Assembly: GCA_000320545.1 (NCBI GenBank)
Contig: ADNK01003147.1
Span: 1-64,000, forward strand
Source: Bigelowiella natans CCMP2755
Taxonomy: Eukaryota; Protista; Cercozoa
DNA length: 64,000 bases
Reading direction: 5' to 3'
The translations under genes and the position numbers were made by a program. Within the stretch, counting starts at the first letter, position 1. The number at the start of each line of letters is the position of its first letter. The notes under the pieces were generated by a model. It saw only the letters and a program-made list of their open reading frames with translations, did not search any database and was not told the origin of the DNA. Of the stretch, positions 24,868 to 35,650 are shown piece by piece.

Positions 24868-27800
24868 CTAAACATCCATCTCTCTTATCTTCTTACATTC
24901 ACACATCCAGTCCTTCATGAATTGCTTGCTTCTCTTCCTCATCGTGTTGAAGGTCTTTCTAAGCATTACATGTCTATGATGAGCATCCATCTCAAATTCA
25001 CGCATCCAGTCCTTCGTGAATCTCTTGCTTCTCTTCCTCATCTTTCCGCTTGAAACTCTCTCCCCATTTTCATCCATGTCTCTCAACATTGAAACTCTCT
25101 CCCCATTTTCATCCATGTCTCTCAACATTTCGAAGTTTTCATCGATCAAACGAATGGAATCGCCCTCCTTCCCCTCTTTGGGTTTGCAAAACCTGTAGAA
25201 TTCTTCCGCCCAACTCGCCATGTTCTTCGGATTTGAAGGCTTGTTTCTGGATCTCTGCAGCTTCCCCGGTAGATTGTTCGCGGTCGCACTCCTCACCCAA
25301 ATGTAACGCACACCTCCATCATTGGCCAGGAATTCTAAGTTCCGTTTCCACTTCGACGCTGCCCCTTTACCTTCTTGGTGTAGAAGAGCTTTTTGAAACA
25401 AACGTCGCATTGCATATTCTTTCTTTTCTGGCCCAAGCTTGACTTCCCTGTACTTTCCGGAGAGTTTACACTTATCTGCGTGTGTGTATATTGGCTTGTG
25501 CATGGAAACGCAAGATGTCGTCATGAGTGTCAAGTTGTTTTGACAATCGAGTAGTTCAATTGCCGTTTTCACGGCTGCATTGACTCCAATGACGTCCAAG
25601 TCATCCAAAATGATCAGGATTTTTTGACCCGTTCTAGCGTACGCCTGCAGTCCTTTTTGGCTCCTTTCTTTTAGTTCGCTGTCAATGTGAGTCCATACGC
25701 TATTGCCATCGTCGTCGTGCCTTCTCAATAATTTTTCCAGCTCAATGAAGAAAATTGCGTCGGGCGCGTCCATGTCATGACTCAGTCGCCATCCCATCTC
25801 TTTCGCAAGGAAGGTCTTCCCTGCTCCTTCCAAACCCACAATGTGTACCCACCGCTTCCTGCTATCGCTATTGTCTTCAGGATCTTCCATGAAATCAGAT
25901 ACGAAGTTCCGCTCGATGGTCTTCATATCCTCCAGCAAGTAAGGCATGAATTCCTCTGGTCGCGCATATTTCAAATCAGAATAACGACTCTCTCCTCGAA
26001 GCTTGCACTCAACGAAACGAAATTTGACATTGTGTTCGCCGTCGGCCGGAATCAGTACGTATTTTTCGGCTTCATTTTGCATGCTCTTGACATGCTCCTT
26101 GATCATATCTAGTGCAGCGGTTTCATTTTTACCCTTGATGTTATAGCTGTTCATCATTTCCTTGTAGCGTTTCGCAAGGCTGTCTGCCCGCTTATGTATG
26201 GACTCTTTCGCGTGCTTAAACGAATCTAATATGGTAGCGCCACGGAATAACCACTGGTAGAAATGGTACTGGAAGATACGCGCCTCAATGTCACCTAGCA
26301 CCTCCGACTCCTTACACACAATGACATGGTCTACTAATTTCGCTACCTCTTTACCGACGGCCTGACTGTGACACGCGGCGAGAAAGAGGAGTTTAAGCTC
26401 ATACGTCTCCGTCTTTTTAGCATCCTCTATGGCTTTGAGAAAGTCTTGACCGGATATCATTACTGACTTGCCATCATCGTCAAATAAAAGACCTTCCTTT
26501 TCGCCATGGCCGCTATAGTGCAAAATGGTGCAATTGCTGACCAGAGCTCGCACTAAATTCGGTTTGGTCGCCTTCCAGCGTGTCGTTTCAATTTTCTTCC
26601 CATCAGCACATGGCAGCCGGTTGATACGCTCAAATATCTCCGAATCAAGGTCTAGATCCAGGTTTTTGTTCTCTTCACTCGACAAGGCACACCAGGACAG
26701 GAAAGCGAGATGAGACTTGACTTCGTCGATTCTTGGTTTCTTTCTCTCTTGCTCCCTTTCGCTAACGAAGTTGATCGCTGACTGAGATTTCACAACTTTG
26801 GTGTCTGAGGCTACACCGAGGTCTTCATTCCCATTGGATTCGTTGCCGCCCCACTCGTATTCCTCTTCATCGGAGTAATCATCAAAAACCTCTAAGATGT
26901 CGTCGGCAATGGTTGTAGAGACGTCCTTAAGTAGCTGAAACAATGCGATGACACTCCCTGAACGAACGCTTAGGAGCCGTACGCGCAACACACCCGGGAT
27001 ATGCTTCCGCACATAGCGCTTGGATTCGTCCTTGAATCTTTGTAGATTTTTCCCGCATGTTTCCTGGAATGAGAGTTTATCGAAGCAGAGAGAAATCTCT
27101 GTAAGTTGTATCTTACTCTGCGCCTCCCATGGCATTTCATGCAAGCATCGAGCAACTTCAGCGCCACTCAGTCGGGTCTCACACTTGATGTAATTGGATT
27201 TTTCTTTCTTGCTACTTACGATTAGCATACATTCGTTAATAAGGTCCTTTTTGAGGTCACTTTTAATTGCCCTGCCGTGGGAGAGGAGGAAGCGGCTTAG
27301 CTCGTGGACACTCATGCTGTCGTACACTCCGCCGATGTTGTTGTAGCTAGTCGCCACAGAAGGATGGGGTTTCTCCGCGCTGTACACCTTCAAATAGATA
27401 CCAAGAGCCTTCTTGTATTCCGTGAGCGCCTCCGGGTATTTCCTCATGCTCTTATACACTCCGCCGATGTTGTTGTAGCTATTCGCCACATGAGGATGGG
27501 GTTTCTCCGTGCCGTACACCTTCAGCCTTATATCAAGACTCTTCTTGTATTCCGTGAGCGCCTCCGGGTACTTGCTCATATCATAGTACGCTCCGCCGAT
27601 GTTGTTGTAGCTAGTCGCCACATCCGGATGGGGTTTCTCCGTGCCGTACATCTTTAGCCTTATATCAAGACTCTTCTTGTATTCCGTGAGCGCCTCCGGG
27701 TACTTCCCCATGCTCTTATACACAAAGCCGATGTTGCCGTAGCTACCCGCCACATCCGGATGGGGTTTCTCCGTGCCGTACACCTTCAACTTCATAGCAA

Positions 27801-30800
27801 GAGCCTTCTTGTATTCCGCGAGCGCCTCCGGGTACTTCCCCATCTTTTTGTACACTGTGCCGATGTTGTTGTAGCTCATCGCCACAGCAGCATGGGGTTT
27901 CTCCGTGGCGTACACCTTCAACCACATAGCAAGAGCCTTCTTGAGTTCCGTGAGCGCCTCCGGGTACTTGCTCATTCCACAGTACACATTGCCGATGTTG
28001 CCGTAGCTATTCGCCACATCCGGATGGGGTTTCTCCGTGCCGTACACCTTCAACTCTATATCAAGACTCTTCTTGTATTCCGCGAGCGCCTCCGGGTACT
28101 TCCCCATGCTATCGTACACTGAGCCGATGTTGTGGTAGCTACTCGCCACATCCGGATGCGGTGTCTCCGTGCCGTACACCTTCAACCTCATAACAAGGCT
28201 CTTCTTGTATTCCGTGAGCGCCTCCGGGTACTTCCCCATGCTACTGTACACGGTGCCGATGTTGTGGTAGCTCATCGCCACAGCAGCATGGGGTTTCTCC
28301 GTGCCGTACACCTTCAAATAGATACCAAGACTCTTCTTGTATTCCGTGAGCGCCTCCGGGTACTTCCCCATGCTACCGTACACTGAGCCGATGTTGTTGT
28401 AGCTACTCGCCACAGAAGGATGGGGTTTCTCCGTGCCGTACACCTTCAAATAGATAGCAAGAGCCTTCTTGTATTCCGCGAGCGCCTCCGGGTACTTCCC
28501 CATCTTTTTGTACACTGTTCCGATGTTGCCGTAGCTTCTCCCCAGATAAGGATGGGGTGTCTCCGTGCCGTACACCTTCAACCTCATAACAAGACTCTTC
28601 TTGTATTCCGCAAGCGCCTCCGGGTACTTCCCCATGCTATCGTACACTCCGCCGATGTTGTGGTAGCTACTCGCCACATCCGGATGCGGTGTCTCCGTGC
28701 CGTACACCTTCAAAAAGATATCAAGACTCTTCTTGTATTCCGCGAGCGCCTCCGGGTACTTGCTCATATTAGAGTACGCATTGCCGATGTTGCCGTAGCT
28801 ACCCGCCACATCCGGATGGGGTTTCTCCGTGCCGTACACCTTCAAATAGATAGCAAGAGCCTTCTTGTATTCCGCGAGCGCCTCCGGGTACTTGCTCATA
28901 TCAGAGTACACATTGCCGATATTGCCGTAGCTTCTCCCCAGATAAGGATGGGGTGTCTCCGTGCCGTACACCTTCAACCTCATAACAAGACTCTTCTTGT
29001 ATTCCGCGAGCGCCTCCGGGTACTTCCCCATGCTATCGTACACTGAGCCGATGTTGTGGTAGCTAGTCGCCACATCCGGATGCGGTGTCTCCGTGCCGTA
29101 CACCTTCAAAAAGATATCAAGACTCTTCTTGTATTCCGCGAGCGCCTCCGGGTACTTCCCCATGCTATCGTACACTCCGCCGATGTTGCCGTAGCTACCC
29201 GCCACATCCGGATGGGGTTCCTCCGTGCCGTACACCTTCAAAAAGATATCAAGACTCTTCTTGAGTTCCGCGAGCGCCTCCGGGTACTTCCCCATGCTAT
29301 GGTACACTCCGCCGATGTTGTGGTAGATAGTCGCCACAGAAGGATGGGGTTTCTCCGTGCCGTACACCTTCAAATAGATAGCAAGAGCCTTCTTGTATTC
29401 CGTGAGCGCCTCCGGGTACTTCCCCATGCTATCGTACACTAAGCCGATGTTGCCGTAGCTTCTCCCTAGATAAGGATGGGGTGTCTCCGTGCCGTACACC
29501 TTCAACCTCATAAGAAGACTCTTCTTGTATTCCGCGAGCGCCTCCGGGTACTTCCCCATTCTACTGTACACATTGCCGATGTTATGGTAGCTAGTGGCCA
29601 CATCCGGATGGGGTTTCTCCGTGCCGTACACCTTCAAATTTACATCAAGACTCTTCTTGTATTCCGCGAGCGCCTCCGGGTACTTGCTCATATTAGAGTA
29701 CGCATTGCCGATGTTGCCGTAGCTACCCGCCACAGAAGGATGGGGTTTCTCCGTGCCGTACACCTTCAACCGCATAGCAAGACACTTCTTGTGTTCCATG
29801 AGCGCCTCCGGGTACTTCCCCATGCTATCGTACACATTGCCGATGTTGTTGTAGCTACCCGCCACATCCGGATGGGGTCTCTCCGTGCCGTACACCTTCA
29901 AAAAGATATCAAGACTCTTCTTGAGTTCCGCGAGCGCCTCCGGGTACTTCCCCATGCTATCGTACACTCCGCCGAGGTCGGCGTAGATACTAGCCATTTC
30001 TGTTTGATTTTTTCCTGTTTTGGATTCAGCAGAAACTAATGCTTCAGTTTCAGTTTCACCGAATTTTGCGGCGCTTAAGAACCAATATAAAGCTTTATCA
30101 TAAAAACATGCAACGTTACAGGCCTGGCCCAAAATCTTTGCTAGCCATCGTAACCAGCTGCGTTCTGCTTTGGAGGATTTGTGCAGCGTCATTAGCCGGG
30201 TTCCGTGCTGGAGCACCGCGGCCCATTCGTCCTGGCGGTCGTGAGATTCACTGTAGTCTCCTCCGTAGGCAGCCAGGGCTACAACCAGATTTCCAATTTT
30301 GGTTTGTGGCTGCAGGTACCTCACTATCTCTTGCGTGACAGCGTGCATGTTTATGCAATTGGTTTTTCGGCTCCATTGTATCAAGGAATAACGCTCTAGA
30401 AGCGCTAACGCGTCGCGAACGTCTTCGTCCTCTTCAGAGACCGCCAGCTGCTTCTCGTCGTTCTTTTCATCTTCCGTGCAATCTTTGATATCCTCAACCT
30501 GATTGGGCGATTCGTCAAATTTTAGAAGAAGAACCAGTTCCAATGGAATGTTTTTCGGATCCAGGTACGCAAGCGAACGCAACAACGCGAGGCAGTCCAC
30601 GCATGAACTTCCAGCGGGGTGCCCGATCGCGTCTGGATCCGACAGGCTTGACAGGCTCTCGCGGACCACTTCGACGATGCTCTGTCCGTACCTGATGCTC
30701 TTGTTGGGGTTCTTAATCAGAAACCTTTTTCTTCCTAGAGACTGTTTCTTTCGCAAATTCTCGATGCGATCTGCTACCTTGTAGTAGCCCATCTCTTTGC

Positions 30801-33800
30801 AGTGGCTGAAGAATTGCGCTAGGATCACGGGCATGCCCGAGAACTCGGTTTTCAGGTACTCCATGCAGTCCTTCGCATCTCTGTCTTTTGGGTCGGGCAT
30901 TTTTAGGCTGAATTTACGGGCGAACTGCACCAGATCTTCTTCATCCATGAGCCCGTCAATCGGCCAGCGTTTGACGTCCAGACTCCAATCGGTGGTTTTG
31001 CTGTTTCTAGACGTTAGGATCACGTGTCCTTTGTTCCTAGGTAAGAACTCAGCTATGTCACTGCAATCACCAACATCGTCGAACACCAGAAGGCAGCGTT
31101 CAGTCTCGATTCGTTCCCTGATGGTTTGGATGGCCGATTTGATGTCCTTTTTGTCAACAACGTGCAGGCCTGGGATGTTCTTCTCAGCGATGCGCATGTA
31201 CCCGATCTTCAGCTGCTCAGTTGTTTGGCAATCTAGCCAAAACGCGTGAGAGTATTGACCGGTCTCAATGAGGGCGTCAAACAACCGGACGGCCAACTGG
31301 CTCTTCCCAATACCCCCATGGCCACAGAGCAGATGCACTTGTTTGCTGGCATCTTTGAGTTCATGCAGAACCTGCTTGACTACTTTCTCCCGCCCAACGA
31401 AGAAAGACACTTGGTCTGGGCCGGGGATGAGCGTCATTGAAGCTCGGAGTCTCATCTGAAATTCAATTTGAAAATAAAATGTACACACACAGATGTAAAG
31501 ATCAAGTTTTAGATGCCATGGGGTTTCCTCGTGGAAAGGAGGGAAGGTAAATGGGGGATGGGTCCTGTACCGACCGAGGGGTGAGGGAAAAAAAAATGTC
31601 GGCGTGTTTTTGTGCAGATGCACAATGAACTAAATGTTATAAAGACATAACTGTATACACTGATACTCCCAAAAAACCGTACCAACCTTTTCTTTCTTAT
31701 TCTCTTCCTCTATGAGTATCCCTGCAACGCGGACTAGATGCTGTTTGTCCTCAATCACTATCTTTTGGCTCCCGGGTGCCGAAGAAACAGCTGTTCTCAG
31801 CATTCGTTCCGCCAATTTTGTGCACAGAGCAGGATTGCGTACATCCTTGCCAACCTTTACGTCTGCGAACATGTATGTCCAATGGAAATATCTATCAACC
31901 CAATCCGCCAATATCGACTCTAAAAAGTAACGATACCTTTGTAAAGCGTTGAAAAATGGTAAGATTTTAGGCCTCGAGTAGCAATGAACTTCGAGTGTAA
32001 ATATCTTAGAAACAGTTTCTTGAATCGCTCTTTATATAAAGGGTTCATCTCCACAGCCTGCAAGTAAACGTGTCAATTGCTGCTTGAACCGAAACAATTA
32101 TGATGACAATTTTTCACAATGATTAACTCTGATAGAAGATCATTTTGTACCTTGCAACAAGGGTAATCAATTTTCTTCCTTGACGTAGTAAACAGCAATA
32201 GAGATTTGCTGATTTTTAGAATCTGGTGAAATGCTTGCGGTCCAAGGAAACTGGATACGTTGTCGCAAATCTAAAAGACAAAATTTTCACCTGGGTTCAA
32301 CCTCAACACTAGAAACCCTCATAACATCTATCTATTCAAACAAAAAAGGTACCAGTAAGATTCGTTTTTCTTTTTTATCTTTGAGCGAATGGAGAGGATC
32401 TCCTGCTATCAAATGGTGGCTTTTATCGGAACATGTCGTTTTTGCAACCGCCGATAAAACACCCTTTTCATCAGCAATACCGGCAAGGTCCACCTGAAGA
32501 AAAATTGCCATAACCGTTACGAATACGCTAACAACACCTCGAACGAACACGAATTGTATTCGAATGAAATCTTGCATCCATTTCATGTGCACAGAATGCA
32601 CTCATTACATACACGCGTGCACACATGCACGGAAAACATGATCAGGACCCAATAGATAGCATCTGGCCCGTCGTTGTCATGCCACATGGACCGGGCTACC
32701 ACCTCCGCCAAAACAGATTTCCCGCTACCCTTCCCACCCACGATTTGGATCCATTGAGTTGCAAACGTTTTCTTGAAAACAGCATGGTCGTTCTTTATAG
32801 AAAGCCTGCAATTTTCCAAGATTTCACGATACTGCTTCTTAACTACATCTCGTGAGAAGAAAGACCCAGGATCTGGATCTGGGATCCATCCGGTTTTGGG
32901 CTCGATTTGTTCCAACTCCCTGAACTCGTATGTCACGTTGTGAATTTCATCGTTGTCAGTGGACCGGGGTAGAAGTATCAATTTGTCTACTTCATTCTCA
33001 GCTAAATCTGCCCAAAGGAGCTCCTCTTGTACTTCCTGATTGATGTTTTCTTCCTCGCAGAAGATCCGAAAGTCTCGTTCTACCTTCCACTTTGCATTGT
33101 ATGTTGTGCATTGCGCATGCAGAGACTTGAGTTTTTCCTCGAGCTTGGCTGCGATTAATGATGGCTTGGGATGCTCCTCCAGGTAAAAAAGCGCTCGGTT
33201 TTTACATTGCTGAGCTATCACACGGAGTCTTCGCTTGGCCAGTTCAAAAGCTTCTGATACAGAGTGCCCTTGTAGCAACCGTTGATAAAATATACCCGCA
33301 AATACCGGGGCACCGTAATCGCTGAGTTCGTCCTTTCCTCGACAAGCTATGACGTGGCTCACTAATCCATCTTCTATGAGTTTTTTGCCTACAATCTCGC
33401 TGTGGCATGCCGCTAGATACACAATCTTAGGCCGTCCATTTTGATTCCTTCTGAACATTTCTGCAAGGGCTTTTCCACCAAGGTATTTGCTGGTTTTTCC
33501 AATCGCTGGGCCACCTTCAATGCAGAGACCCTTCTGAGGATCGCCGTGCCCAGAGAAATGGAGACAAAAACAATTCGAGCCGATAGCAGTATCTATTTGC
33601 TCCTCAGTCGCACGATATGTCGAATACTGAAATTTGGGATAAACTCTGATGAGTTCCCGCATCAGCTCATACTCAGTTTGGAAATCCAGTGCCTTATTGT
33701 CGGCCTCGTTTATCGGAGAAGACGATACGTACGCGATGCGGGCTGGGAGCTGCTCGGCCGATACCATTGGTTTTGCGTGAGACGGAGATATCTAGGGGTT

Positions 33801-34934
33801 CAGAGAAACGTGGAAAGAAGGTCGATGTGATACAGGGAGGGAAGCCAAAACAAAGAGAGTCAGAGAGTGTTTAGACATAAACAAAGAGAAAGGGAGTGGG
33901 GGGGGGGGGGATTTAAAAGAGATGATCTGGCAGAGAGAATCCACGGAGATGATCATGAAAATTTAAACTAACATTTTATGCTCAAACGATACCCAATGGA
34001 AAGTACTAGTACTTACACATTACTAAGCTTAGGCATTGATGATTACAACAAATGTCGTAAAACGTTTCATGTGGCTGGCCAGCTGTTTGAAGCAATGAAA
34101 AATTGACTAAACTAATCGTACGTGCGACAAGGGTTTTATTGCGGTGAAGGGACTCTTTGGGACAAACGACGACTACAATTTAAAGAACATGAATGTCAGG
34201 TAAAGAAGAACAACGTGGGGGTAGAAAGAGTTCAGAGAGATGATCAGACAGAAAGAGCGCACAGTGAAGATTTTTGGTTGCCGCTTCACTGAAAATTTTA
34301 TGGTTGATTTACATGTCATTAATTAACAACCGTTATTACAATGATGTCACTAAGCATGAAATATTGTTTTAGACTTTCTACAAGAGTGTAGATTTTCGCA
34401 CTGCAATTCTGAAATCGTGACAAAATGTGTTACGTGTTCTATCGAATAAGAGATTTGGTTCCAAATGCTTGAGTTTTCCTTACATGCGATGGGGGCTCTT
34501 TGGTATCTGGTTTTTCGAACATTTTATTGAGTTTTTTTACAAGAATCTCTAGTTGGATTCGTGGCCCCATCTTCTTGCCTTCAATCATCTCCTTCACGTG
34601 ATCCGGGGTCATTTCCAACAGATCCTCACCTGTGAGGTCGTTTTCCTCTATTATCTGTGGATGCCGCAACATTAGTTAAGTCTCCGTGTTATTACCGATT
34701 ACGTATTGGAATGTTTATGTGCAATGAAAACTTGAGTGACTGAGTACTTGGGTCTTTGCTAGTGATGTGTATGACTTTATTGGAGGAGGAAGGGGGGAAG
34801 ATTCGGGCCAATTTTTGAACCTTAATGATTTTTGGCTTCGTTTTGAGTGCACGGGCATTCGCACGGAGCCATTGCACCAGACCCTCACCAGAGAAATCCT
34901 CGAACTCTTCCCTGGTCAGAGATTTGGAGTCCAT
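24868..34934 (-). CDS. NLR-like STAND protein: SAM - CHAT protease - STAND NTPase - NB-ARC - 20 TPR - SAP-like - CHAT protease - STAND NTPase (may be two adjacent genes split at 31455)
   Basis: SAM exons FSGEGLVQWL and IIEENDLTGEDLLEMT..MGPRIQL (34484-34934). CHAT1 LHFSGHG/LAACHS (33230-33745). Walker A GGKGSGKS, Walker B ILL/ICDN and LFTTSR spread over small exons. NB-ARC FVGRE..GHGGIGKS..LLVFDDV..GHVILTSR. 44-aa TPRs. CHAT2 LHYSGHG/LAACHS. Third NTPase GLEGAGKT, ILIILDDLD. In-phase GT-AG junctions can be read between these exons; the last exon is 31455-24868. Confidence 0.85.
27313..29990 (-). repeat. Array of 20 highly similar 132-bp (44-aa) TPR repeats
   Basis: 20 occurrences of M[GSR]KYPEAL with 132-bp period; consensus GKYPEALAEYKKSLxxxLKVYGTEKPHPDVAxSYxNIGxVYxSM. 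Confidence 0.97.
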
Positions 34935-35435
34935 CTGTATGATGATTTCAATGCACCTGGCCCAGAGGAAAACGAAAGCCTACTGGCTTTGGTCTTTCTC
35001 TCTCTCCCTCCCTCCTCTTGATGCGTGAGAGGGACGCTCTCTAATCGATCTTTCTTGCAATCATCAATTTTGTGAAAACTGGAAAAAAAAGGCCTACAAA
35101 TTGTTGTCGCATGATGAATTTCCACTGCATTGATGACCTAAAGGCAACATGGCATTCCTTGCGACGTGAACTTGGGTTTCGGTTCTAGTCCGCATTATTC
35201 ATTGGGGTTGCACTCTCGGTTTCGGTGTTTTCTTCTCAATTGCCTTTTTTCACTGCCGTTTCGTTTTCCGCAGGTTTCAGTCTGTTCCTGCTGAAAGTTT
35301 TGTCTGAAACACCTTCCAAAGTCTGTGTCTCGTGGGTCTGTCTTGATGACAATGTGTGTTCTGTTTTGTGCGGTTTTGACGCACATTGCATGTCGCCCTT
35401 TCAGAAATTGCCTGGTTGTTTCTCTCCTTCATAAT

Positions 35436-35650
35436 TCAGAGAATCTGTCTGTATCTCACCTTCTTGCCGACTTCGCATGAATCACAATCCCCATCCTCCT
35501 TGCAAGGAACTTCTCCTGTGTGTTTCAACTTCTTCACCCTGGGATTCTCACTCAACTTCTTCAACGTGTCAAGCATGGGGGATGGCAGTGCGCAATGCAG
35601 GCGGATGGCAGCAGCTACCAGGTTGCAGGGGGGATGGTTGGCCATCTCAA
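35436..35650 (-). mobile_element. Possible Ty1/Copia GAG-pre-integrase / zinc-finger remnant
   Basis: RLHCALPSPMLDTLKKLSENPRVKKL..CDSCEVGKKVR resembles the Copia WHxRLGHP..L..L....CxxCxxGK motif, and it lies in a TpA-depleted island. The motif match is imperfect. Confidence 0.45.

Noticed and set aside
27313-29990. CRISPR array or diversity-generating retroelement template/variable repeats
   Set aside because: The repeats are in-frame coding TPRs without unique spacers. No cas or RT gene is seen, and the A changes are TpA-specific transitions over kilobases including introns, not A->N within a short variable region.
27304-30039. Plus-strand repetitive ORFs (MGFLRAVHLQ...)
   Set aside because: Antisense shadows of the TPR array.
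31456-31623. N-terminal 56 aa of the 2251-aa ORF (MHLHKNT...)
   Set aside because: Reads as intron sequence ending in a tttcag acceptor; it probably stays open because TA-containing stops were lost.
20099-33204. Classical RIP (CpA->TpA) acting on copy 2
   Set aside because: The TA-containing state matches conserved residues (TPR Tyr, NB-ARC Leu) and copy 2 has no nonsense codons in its exons. The TA-free state is the damaged one.
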